Below, in pieces: positions 42,001 through 52,966 of a stretch of 64,000 bases of DNA. The first letter of the stretch is position 1; each line of letters begins with the position of its first letter. Below the pieces are notes generated by a model, which searched no databases, had not been told where the DNA came from, and saw only the letters and a list, made by a program, of their open reading frames with translations. The DNA is taken from NCBI GenBank assembly GCA_973851085.1, contig OZ316775.1, forward strand, positions 8,618,001 through 8,682,000. Reading direction: 5' to 3'. A program made the translations under genes and the position numbers. The DNA comes from Ptychomitrium polyphyllum. Lineage: Eukaryota.

Positions 42001-43450
42001 TAGCAACTGCAGCCACCATCGTCCCTGAAGCCCCAAACATATAAACATTTGAAGTAAAAGTGCTTGTTCCACCCTAAGGAACCACTCTAGAGTCAGTGAC
42101 GTGACCCAATGAAGCCACAGTCTAGAACTTCTTCTCCAACTCTATGATCTTGGCTTCTAATGCTTTCTCTTTCTCCAAAATAGGCAGCTTCTCTGGATAT
42201 AAAATAAAGCAGTGATTATCATCATGGTTGAGCTTGCCACAATGAGAAAACTTCAATTGCTTCTTCTTGGCCTTCTCTGCAGTCTTGACCACATTTGCCC
42301 TCTGCTTAGACTTATCCAATGTTGGAGCTCTCTTCTTCTTAGGGCAATTAGGATCATTCTTGGTATAGCCAGCTTCACCACACCTCCAACAATACAAAGT
42401 CTTCTGAGGCTGAGTCTCTGCCAAACTATTTGTAGCAATAGCAGCCTTCTTGAACTTGGAAGCATCTGTCATCCAAGAAACCATATCAGTGGCATTGTGC
42501 TGATAGAGAGTTTCATCACACATCTCACTTTTGTAAATGCTTGAGCCAACGTTGCTCAACCGTAGTAGTTGAGAATAATCCTTGGCATAGCCAAGTCTAG
42601 CAGTCGCTTATCAACATTGGACAAAAAGATCTTGACAAGTTGATTCTCTGCAAATACACCTCCAGATTCCATTGCAAACCTCGCCAACCGGGTATACATG
42701 GTACGTGGAGTATCTTCCTTTTCCCGATAGAAGTCTTAGATGCATTGCATCTGATCACGCCTAAAGCCCCCATACTCAACTTCCAGATGAGTTATGAACA
42801 GCGAAGTGGCTCAAAACAATGGTGGCTGACCAATTGCAGGCAACGTTGCCCGCGTAGCCTGCGCCACTCGTGATATTGTGACCGAGGGTTGACTCACTAC
42901 CAAAGCCTTGCCCTTTGTGTCTTTGGAAGATGAGCCACTCCCTTCTACAAGCTTCACTTCCACCTTCACTGCAGGGATAAAATTGGCCACTGCACCTTCC
43001 TTCAGGGCAGAGATGAGCTCCACACAAGCCTCCCATTAGCGTTCCACCTCACGCAATTGGAACTCATGCTCATCAATCTACCACTCATATGTCTGAAGTG
43101 CCTCAAATTCCAAATGCTATGGCAATAACTCAAATGCGTACCAATTATTGAAACTCGAAAACCGTTGGCACTTTTCCTTCATCCAGGTCCAAAACATGAG
43201 CTTCCAGTCAGGTAGGAAAATGCTCCTAGCCCTTCTAGAAAACCAATCCCTTATGACATGGCTGGAATCGTCATCCGTCTCGTCAAACGTGCCTATACTC
43301 CAAACCCAAAGCCTACTAGTAGTATCCAACATCAAAAGAGGCTCAAAAGCCTCGTTGGTATCTACCGCTAACTCAAAGTCTTTGGTGTGTGCACCCTCCA
43401 AGTAGTCTGGTGACGGAGATTGATAATATCAACTCCGTGTCTGCACCATA
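39030..43450 (-). mobile_element. Truncated, decayed Gypsy-like retroelement: gag(zinc knuckles)-aspartic protease-C5 DNA methyltransferase-RT (N-terminal part)
   Basis: Gag-like region 43400-42120 with CWRCGEAGY...C and (S)HCGKLNHDDNHC. Protease 41540-41285 (VIMESGAQ...YDILIGQ). MTase ~40860-39930. RT start IQLEDDHPIFRRPYKLS...KRMCGDYRLVN...YPMSMPEELF...FNTLD, truncated at ~39030. No LTRs recognised. Confidence 0.85.
39930..40860 (-). pseudogene. C5 DNA-cytosine methyltransferase domain (decayed) within the retroelement pol region
   Basis: Motif I ITHVELIAGIG; motif IV DLLIAGWP[Y]QGHS; motif VI YIFENVP; motif VIII HRPRWIWTN; motifs IX/X EGVRAMDF...LTESQRCFLLSQVIDL. Three in-frame stops and one frameshift near 40100. 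Confidence 0.85.
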
Positions 43451-44249
43451 AAAATGACTACTTGGGTACTTGCAACTATCTAAAAGATAAATGGGCAATT
43501 TGCACCTGCACTTGCAATCACTATCAACTACGCGATGAATTGGTCATCACCTCTGATCATCACAAGTCCAATAAGTACCGCCCACATGGTACCAACAAAA
43601 AAGATCTCGCCGGTTATCAACCCGACCTCATCCCTACGGTAAGCCTATAAATCCAGACTAAATACAATACAAAATGGAGCAACACTGTAAACCGACAGCA
43701 ATAATGCTCGCAACATGGAAAGGTACCATAACAAAAATAAAAAATCTAAAGCGTGGATTTTCTTCCCAACAACAAATTGCAAAATGCAAGTGGACTAGAG
43801 CAACCAGCATACGCCTGTGGATGATAGCCACAAAGTTGCAAAAACCTGCAATGCAAAAGTAAACACTTAAGGTGTTTCCCAAGTCTTAAACTAAGAAGAT
43901 AATAGGAAACATTGGCTGCGATGTTCAAAAATACAAGTCTCCCAATGAAAATAGCAACACTTAGGGATACAACGCACCACAAAGCCAATCCACCACTAAA
44001 ATTGGATTAAATGGCTAAAATCCCAAAATGCCCTCACATTCCATTTCCAAAGTTTAGACTCTATTTTATGTTATTTAAAAAAAAAACACATAAAAATGTG
44101 ATTTTTGAAAATCTTATATGACCAAAAGTTTTCTTTCCTAATAAATGTATTCACCCCTAGAGAACTCAAATCCGCAAACGAAATTCAAAAAAATCCTTTT
44201 TTGCAAAAGTTATGAAGTTGCAGTTGAGAAATTAGAGGCTGTACAGAGA

Positions 44250-44420
44250 CAGATTTAGGACCCGCAAGATTTAGGTCCTTGACGGTTTTAGAACCCCTGT
44301 ATAAAATCTACGAAAACAAATATTCTGAAATCCACGAAAACAAATACTATGAAATCCACGAAAAGGAAGATTTCTAAATCTAGGAAAAGTGAAGATTCTG
44401 AAATCTAAGAAATGTGAAGA
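44250..44420. repeat. Degenerate tandem repeats (~17 bp x3, then ~24 bp x5)
   Basis: GATTTAGGACC/GATTTAGGTCC/GTTTTAGAACC units, followed by AAATC(C/T)ACGAAAACAAATA..CTG-type units. Confidence 0.7.
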
Positions 44421-44949
44421 TGTCAGGTCGCACTATACCAGCACAGACCAGCACAGAAAGGGAAGAAACTTTGAAAACTTGAAATGGCTCCAATTTTTTC
44501 AAAAATTGTCCAAATCATATGCCATTTGTTGCGTTTTCTTTTTTTAACCGCGTTGTACAACAACGTAATAAGTAATAAGTACTCATAAACTTTCTTCAAT
44601 TATTCAAATTCAAATTTAAGTTCTAAAGAAATAAATGTGGAAACATTGTTGTCAAGTAACCTAGTTTCTCTCTACACTCAAGAAACTAATTATTCACACA
44701 AGAGTCAAGCTATCTCTCACTCCACAAAGGAAGAATCTAAGAGTGTAAGTGTAGGAGGGAACTCAAAATTTTACTAAAGGCTACTAAACCATAGCCACAA
44801 GAAAGCAACAACATAAGTTTCCTCCCCAAAAACACACTCACAAGACTTGACTTGACAACAATGTCAAGTCAAGAAGCTCTTCCTCTACTTACAACCAAAC
44901 CCTAGTTAGATGAGCCCTGAAATTTGGATGAAACTCATTCAAATCTAAC

Positions 44950-46500
44950 ATGGACTTTTATGGGAGTCCATTTAATAAACTAATTGACGTGATGTGGCCC
45001 TTCAATGTTACTTCACGTGACAAAATGTATACATTGCAATTCCAAGCAAAGCTCTATTGAGAGATGGACAAATGCCAAGATAGCCATGCGTGAACTAGGA
45101 TTATAACATCCAAAAATAATATGGATCTCACTTTTAGAATGTTTTCATGCCTAGATCGATGCAACAACGATGAGTATAGCTACTTATATTGTGCAAATAG
45201 CATTGTGCTTGCAAACAAAACCAAGTGGGATGGAATTTCATCTTTCACATTTGAAATTAAACATATATTACCTAAAGATTCTATGATAGTTTGCAAAACT
45301 TGTAATGTTCCTCTTTCTTGCTTAGACAGTTGTATGGCTAAGATTTATTACATTCTTGTATATAGATACATAACTTGTGTATGTGTCCATTTGGATTTGT
45401 ATAGTCATTTTATCAAGACTGATGATTAAAGAGGTCCAATGGAGAGGACATAGAGCCTTGTTGGAAAAAAAATTGTAAGAACGCCTTCATTAACAAATTC
45501 TGCCATTGTCCTTGAAGCTAACAAAGAATTTTTTAACAAATTGCTACTCTTTCCCAAAGGAATACTTGAAAAGACCCTTGTTCATAATTAACTAATGCCT
45601 ACATTCAGTAAGTTCAAGCACATATTTTCTTCCAACATTTGTAACGCAATTATCTCTTTCCAATACTTGCGCCTATTTGGTGTCATAAATAATATCACTA
45701 AACTTAAAAGTTTTAGCAATTGGACATTTGTTCAAGACAAAAAGTTTCATTGCCAAAGAACTCATTCCAATAAAGTCTTTGTTTTTAAAATGTCAAAGAT
45801 GGGACCTAAGAGCGGATTGGATTTAATAAAGCGGTTGCAAGTTGGCGATAATCTTGAAAATACTTGGCTCAAGTTTGACCATCTCAAATATGTCAAAAGT
45901 TGGACTACTATGGCTTATCATGCCTACAATGTTAACTATTATTGAATTATAAATAGAGCTATTTGCATCATGCAGCTTAAAAACGTTGTTGGTCAAACTG
46001 TGTTCTGGAAGAATTTCAACACTATTATTATTAGGCACAACATCTTCAGCCCAAGTTCAAGGGATTCATGGCAAATAGTACAAAGGCCAATTGGAATGTT
46101 AATTTTCTTATCTATCATAGCAAAGATGCATCAATTCCTATAAAGAATAATGAGAAAGAATTTCTCCCTTCTATTAAATCCAAGCCCTAGAGAAACACAC
46201 AAAGGTTGGCATTTGTGCAAACTTCCAAGATCAACATCAATAATTCTGTCCACAATACAAGAACGCTAAAACATTTGTTGATGTTGAGACTTGTTATTTA
46301 GCCATAAAATCTTAGTGGCTTTCTCCTGGAACAACAAATAATGAAAGACTTGTCCATCTTGACATTTGATTAGCATTTTTGCATTTCCAGTATTGCCAAT
46401 GGAGTGGATTTATAAAACTAGTACGTCTTGAACCATCTTCTTAAAACAAATTTTGTACTAATGAGCCGCATCTAGAAAGTGAGGAAGTCTTTGGATCATT
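44950..46500 (+). pseudogene. Decayed transposase-like sequence, possibly MULE-like; may continue at 52970-53350 beyond element C
   Basis: Cys-rich segment (CKTCNVP..C...C...CVCVH) followed by FDHLKYVKSWTTMAYHAY...AICIMQ...QTVFWKN...FKGFMANS..ANWN, resembling a DDE/RNase H-fold core. Family assignment is tentative. Confidence 0.4.
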
Positions 46501-46692
46501 GAAGTAGAAACTTGATCTCTTCTAAGTTTTGAGTATGATTTGTATAAATGAGACAAGATAAACTTTTCTTATCTTCAAGTTCAAACAAAGTCTACTAAAC
46601 CTTGTTTTAATGATGAAAATTTTGTAAATGATACTTGTAAGGAAATAAATAACTGCTACTAGCGGGATGTATTTATATAGAAGCAGAGACAC

Positions 46693-49600
46693 TGTTAGGG
46701 ACACAAGAAACAAGAAGCAGAAACGAAGTGTTTCCCAAGAATTAGCTTCCAAAGAGCTAATGATTAACAAGAACTTTGATACAAATACTAGAACAAAGTA
46801 GGATTCAAGATGATCCACAACTTGTGTTGACAAGACTAAGGAATACCTTGTCTTGCCTCTTATTTATACTAGGACATTTGTATCTCCTAGGATACTTCTA
46901 AAGAAGCTTCCTACAAAGCTTAAGAAGGTTCTGGAAGTCTAAGGAACCTTTCCAAGAAGTTTCCTAAGATGTTGGAACCTTCCTAAGAAGCTTCCAAGGA
47001 ATTGGAACCTTCCTTGGAAATTTCCTAAGGTAGCGGAACTTTCTTAGGAAGTTTCATAAAGAGGTAGAACTTTTCTAGGAAGTTTCCTAGGAAGTAACCT
47101 AAGATGATAGAACCTTCCTAGGAAGTTTCCTAAAGTGGAGGAACTTTTCTAGGAAGCTTCCTGAAAACATAAAAAGGCTATGGAGACATCTAAAAGTATT
47201 TTAAGAAGCTATTATGATATACTAGAAGGTTCTAGAATGTTCTAAAGACTATGTTGCATGATTAATGTCCGTGACATCACCTCCCCATTTAGCGACGAGT
47301 TCCATGAACAGTTGTTTTCTTGGCTTGCTTGTCACATTTCTACAAATTCCAAAATTTGTCGAAGGAATGAAGCAACATACTCTGCTCGTTGTTCTTTGTT
47401 CACTGGTTCAACTGGTCCTTGCAAGAAGCGTCGATGACCACCAACTAAGACTTGTGTTGTTGAAATGTCCCATCCCAAGATCTGATCTTGATTAAGTCCT
47501 TCAAAACAACCTCCAAACAAGATTTCGGATCCTCTAGGAGTGACTCTTCCAATTTCTAACAAGATGACTAGAGCGCGAGCATCTGAATCAAGACTGGAAT
47601 GTGAAGGGCGACTAGTTAATACTTCTGTACGAAGTCGTACTCAACGTTGGGATGTCCCTCTCATATCTTGACTTAGATCCTCCGTTACTGAGGGCTGAGA
47701 AAGTTGAGTTGGCTCAACAGATGCTGTTGTTGATGAAGGCGTGGCCGACTGCTCTTCACGCATATCCATGATAACACGAAGATTTGACATACTGGCTAGG
47801 ATCTAGAAATGATCTATCTTGGAAATAATGCTGCATACAGTTGGAGGTTTAGATATCTCTCCTCCCTTCTTATACTTGTCTATGAAGGAAAAACTTCTCT
47901 ATGAAGCTAACGGTTGTCGATGACACATCATCACTGACCTGGTTTCTGAGGATATCTTTGATGAAATTCGAATACCTTCTCGGATGCATTTGTTACATTC
48001 GTTGAAGGTTTCCATGTTCGGTCATTGATGCCATATCCTTGCCAATGTATAAGGTACTCCATACGTCCATTCTTGATGCATGAATCTAAGATATCTTCCA
48101 CTTCATATTCAATTTCATTATTGATTTCCAATGGAGGAGGCGGACGAACAATTCTCTCTAGTAAACATGATTTGTTATAGATTTCCAACAACAATACGTG
48201 GAATACTGGATGAATTTGCATGCTTGGTGGTTGCTTTAGGCGATAACTAACCAGATTTATTTGTTTGCTGATTTCAAACGGTCCCAGCCTTTGATAGTCC
48301 AACTTCTTTGATGGTCTTTTTGTCTGTATATTTTGTCGTAGGAGCCATACGTTATCTCCAACCTTGAACTTTGGATGGTCTTTTCAATGGCAATCTGCAT
48401 AAGTTTTGTAACAATCTTGAGCTTGTTGTAACTGGAAGGTAATTTCTTGATGGATTTTAGCAAGTTGAATTGCAAAATCCTCTGCTGCAGGACTTCCAAC
48501 ATGCTCCACTTGAAATGGATCTGTTCGAGGATGATGCCCATAGTTTGCAAAGAATGGACTTTGACTTATTAAAGAATGCACCGTATTGTTGTAAGCAATT
48601 CTGCCAAAGGCAAGAGGTCCATCCAGTTGTCTTGCTGGTAGTTTATGCTACAACAAAGGTATTGCTCCAAAATTTTATTCACACGTTTGGTTTGGCCATC
48701 AGTTTGTGGATGGTGTGCTGAAGAAAGATTGATCTTTACACGCAACAACTGGAATAGAGCCCTCCAAAAATTGGAAATGAATTGCGGCCCCCGATCGGAT
48801 ATAATATCATCTGGTAGTCCATGTATGCAATAGACGTGATTTAAGAACAACTTGGCAGTTTCTTCTCCCGTTACCGTCTTGTTGCATGGAATGAAATGTG
48901 CCATTTTGATAAATCAATCCACCACTACCAAAATAGAATCCTTAGAATTGGAGTTTGGAAGGTCCGTGATAAAATCCATTGATAAAGACAACCATGGGCC
49001 CTTTGGCACTGGAAGTAGATGGAGGAGACTATGAGGTTGGTGCCTTGGTACCTTGGCTTTTGCACAAGTGTCGCATGATCAAATAAAATCCTTCACATAC
49101 TTCCACATTTGTGGCCACCAATAGTCTCTTGCAATCAATTCCATTGTTTTATTGAATCCAAAATGTCCTGCTGCTGGAAAATCATGACTTGCTTGAAGGA
49201 TCTTCAACCGCAAAGGGCCTGGAGATAGGTACAAAAGTCCTTTATAATAAAGTAGGCCCTCTTGGAATTCAAAGTCCTCATTGTTATTTGAGTGACCTCC
49301 ATTGTCTTTGAGGCGCTTCTTTATATTTGAAACAAAGACGTCATTCTTCAAAGCCTTCCGAATTTCATCAAGATGGGATGTTGTCGTTATAATTGTTGTT
49401 TTCAATTGAAGATTCTCTGGTTTCAATAAAACAGTCCTTTGTTGATTCAAAACATCATTTCCAGGTTGAGGAGCTAAATAAGATCTTTGAGATAAGGCAT
49501 CTGGTTTACTTTGCAAGCTACCAGATCGATAGGTAATGACAAAGTCAAATTTGGAAAGCGACATACTCCACTTTGCTTGACGGCAATTCAAAATACGCGC

Positions 49601-52600
49601 ACTCATGAAATATTCCAAGTTCTTGTGGTTTGTGTATATCGTGATGGTATGTTGAGCTCTTTCCAATAAGTGTCGCCATTCTTCAAACGCATCCATAATT
49701 GCAAGTAATTCTTTATCATGTATATCATAGTTGATCTCTGCCGCTGAGATATTCCTTGAACGAAAGGCAAGAGGTTGAAGTCTCCCGTCTTCATCATATT
49801 GTGAGAGTACTGAACCAAGCGCAAAATCTGAGGCATCTGCTTCCAAATAGAAAGGCTTTGATGGATTTGGATGAATAAGAATTGGAGCCAACGTGAATGA
49901 CTTCTTAAGACTTTGAAATGCTTTTTCGGCTTCTTCATCCCAAATGAATTTTTGCTTTCCTATAAGATGTGTTAATGGTGCCGCAATCTTGGAATAATTC
50001 TTGATGAATATCCTGTAGAAGTTTGCAAATTCCAAGAAGCATTGAACATCTCGAATTGATCTTGGCGTACTCCACTCCATGACAGTGCTTATTTTTTTTT
50101 TATCCATATGGATTCTTCCTTTGGAAATGATGTACCCTAAAAATTCAACCGAGGATTCATGGAAAAGGCACTTCTCCAATTTGGCATATAATCCTTGTTG
50201 GCGTAGTTTTTCTAAGACCAATCGCACATGACATTTGTGGTCTTGTTCATCCTTTGAATATATCAAAATGTCATCCAAGTATATGACTACAAAATCGTCC
50301 AAATGTTCATGGAAGATATCATTCATCATATATTGGAAGACCGCGGGGACATTTGTAAGGCCAAAAGGCAAGACATTGTATTCAAAATGACCATACCTAG
50401 ATCGAAAAGCTGTCTTCTATTTGTCTCCTTTTTTGATGCGTACAAGGTTGTAGGCTCCTCTAAGATCAATTTTGGTAAATTTCTTTGCTTGGCCAAGTTG
50501 TTGTAGGAGTCTTGAGATTAATGGTAATGGATAGCAATTCTTCTTTGTTACTTTATTGAGACCTCAATAATCCACGCACATACGTAATGATCCATCTTTC
50601 TTCTTTACAAACAGAATGGATGCTCCAGCAGATGATTTAGAGTGTTGAATGAAACCCTTTCCAAGGTTTTCATCAATATATTCTCTCAAGGCAGCCAACT
50701 CAAATTGTGATAAGTTATAAATAGATCCAAAAGATGGTTGGGCTCCTTCTTGCAACTCAATGGTACAATCGTAAGGCCGGTGCTTTGGTAACATGTCTGC
50801 ATTCTTCTTTTCAAAAACGTCTTTATAATCTTGATATTGACGAGGTATGTTTTGATTAGTCTCTATTGTTGAGCTAGACATTGGCGTGGCATAAACGGCA
50901 TAGATTGGTTCATCTTTTGCCGCGCTCATAAATGCCTTAGCTCCAATAAATGATGGCCCAAGATTTCTTGTGTTTTGACGTATTTTCTTTGAGACCACAC
51001 TCCGTGAGCGCTAGTCAATATCTGGATTATGTAATTCAAACCAAGGAAGGCCCAAAACTATAGGATTTGTTCGGCATTGAATGATGTTGAAGACAATTTT
51101 AGATGCCTGGTCTTTTAAAATAACTTCCAAGGGTTGAGTTTCTTCAATAACGTTGCCAGACGCAAGAGATCGTCCATCAATAATTTCAACAGGTGCGGGA
51201 TATTTTTTCTTTACAAGCACCATGTGATGCTTGGTTGCAAAATCCTTGTCCAAGAAACATGCCGTTGCACCAGCATCTAATAGAACCTCACTAACTATTT
51301 CATCATCTAACAATTTAATTTTGATAGGAAATGTAAAACAAGAGGTAGGGCTTGAAGGTAGTAAGAGACCTTGATTTGATGGTCGTTTCCTTGTGGTGTC
51401 CAGTCGCATGGTCCCTATTGTGACTGGACAGCCTTGTTTTCCAACTCCACCATTGTGCTCTGAGCCTTAAAAGCAGATCCTTTGATTTGGCAATCGCGCA
51501 CTTTATGTCTAGACTTGCCACAATACAAACATAGGTTTTCTCTTTGACGCCTTTCTTTTTCTTCTGGAGTCAAACGTCTGAACTGGGCAGCATCAATTTG
51601 CATAGGTTTTGGTCCTTGTGGTCGACTTTCCGATATTCTTGAAGAAGTGGTAGCTATGCTTTGATGTACTGGTCGCCATCCCAAGCGTTGTTCTTGGCGC
51701 CTCTCAAATAGTCTGTTGTCACATGCTATTGCTTGAGTGATGAATTCGTCCAATGTTTCAATTCTTGGCATTGTGAGTAGCAAGTCCTTGACATTCTTTC
51801 TTAAGCCCCATCAAAATTGTGTAACCAAGGCCTTATCATTCCAATCAAGGTCGCAAGCTGATTGCTAAAATTCTGCAGCATATGTAGCAGCTAAGCGCTG
51901 TCGTTGTTGGAGATTTTGGATCCTTGTCTTAGCCACCCTCTCTCGGTCGGTGTCTCCAAAAGTAGATGTCAATGCTTCTATGAAAGCATCTAAGTTGTTC
52001 AATAATAGTGACTGTTTATTCATTAGTGGTGCAAACCACGATAGTGCATTGTTTGATAAAAGAGTGGCCACAAATCCAACTTGAGTTGTGCCCTCAGGAT
52101 AGCAAGATTGATGCAAACTAAGGAAGAGTCTTACTTGTTGAACAAAGCCTCTCAATTTTGATCTTGATCCATCAAACTTGTCTGGCATGCTAATCTTTGG
52201 CTCTGCGTGGGTTTGACGTAAGCCTTCTCTTCCAATATTGGCTTCTCGCAATTGAACAACCTCTTGATATAGGCTTTGAATATCACCATTAGTTTCTTCA
52301 GCTTGTCGAGTGTGTTGCTCCGAATTGTTGGTGGTATTAAAACGGGCGAGTTCCGTTCGAACTGTGTTTAATAATTCTTGAAGGTCTGCAATAGTTGCTA
52401 ACCTATTCTTTGATGTTCTAGATACGTTATTCATTTTTCAAAACTCTCAAAGACAGAAAGACTATGAGTACCTTCAAAGGAAGAAAATCCACGTCTTTTG
52501 AAAGAAATAATATTTGGTTCTAGAAGGACAAACCAACTCTATGGTGCCAGCTTAAAGGAGGGTAATCCGCAACTTCTAAAACGCTATGGAATCCTAAAGA

Positions 52601-52966
52601 AGATGGGTAATCCACAATCTTCTTCAAAGAACCTTAGCTCTGACAAAGATGAAGTGTGGTCTTGCCAAACTGTTAGGGACACAAGAAACAAGAAGCAGAA
52701 ACAAAGTGTTTCCGAAGAATTAGCTTCCAAAGAGTTGGAACCTTCCTTGGAAGTTTCCTAAGGTAGCGGAACTTTCTTAGGAAGTTTCCTAAAGAGATAG
52801 AACTTTCTCAAGAAGTTTCCTAAGGTGATGGAACCTTCCTAGGAAGCTTCCTAAAAACATAAAAAGGCTATGGAGACATCTAAAAGTGTTCTAAGAAGCT
52901 ATTATAATATATTAGAAGGTTCTAGAATGTTCTAAAGACTATGTTGCATGATTTATGTCCATGACA
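46693..52966 (-). mobile_element. Ty3/Gypsy chromovirus, element C (same family as A, inverted relative to it)
   Basis: 3' LTR 46693-47276 and internally deleted 5' LTR 52671-52966; TSD GACAC/GATAC; PPT AAATGGGGAGGTGA. Gag 52434-51415, protease (LLDAGA), RT (YLDD), RNase H, integrase (SDRGPQF), chromodomain ending at 47931. Confidence 0.95.
47332..47790 (-). pseudogene. Extra ORF (ORF3) of unknown function between the chromodomain and 3' LTR of element C; homologues in A (24405-24860) and B (~18020-18485)
   Basis: 153 codons from ATG to TGA with one internal TGA; protein-level similarity to the equivalent region of the diverged element B. Confidence 0.65.

Noticed and set aside
44422..44441. 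Minus-strand TGGTATAGTGCG as a possible PBS for the DNMT retroelement
   Set aside because: Matches the tRNA-iMet PBS (TGGTATCAGAGC) only in the first 6 nt, and no adjacent LTR end was identified.
46900..47170. Regularly spaced palindromic repeats superficially like a CRISPR array
   Set aside because: They are degenerate tandem units inside an LTR, with no unique spacers or cas genes, in a eukaryotic context.
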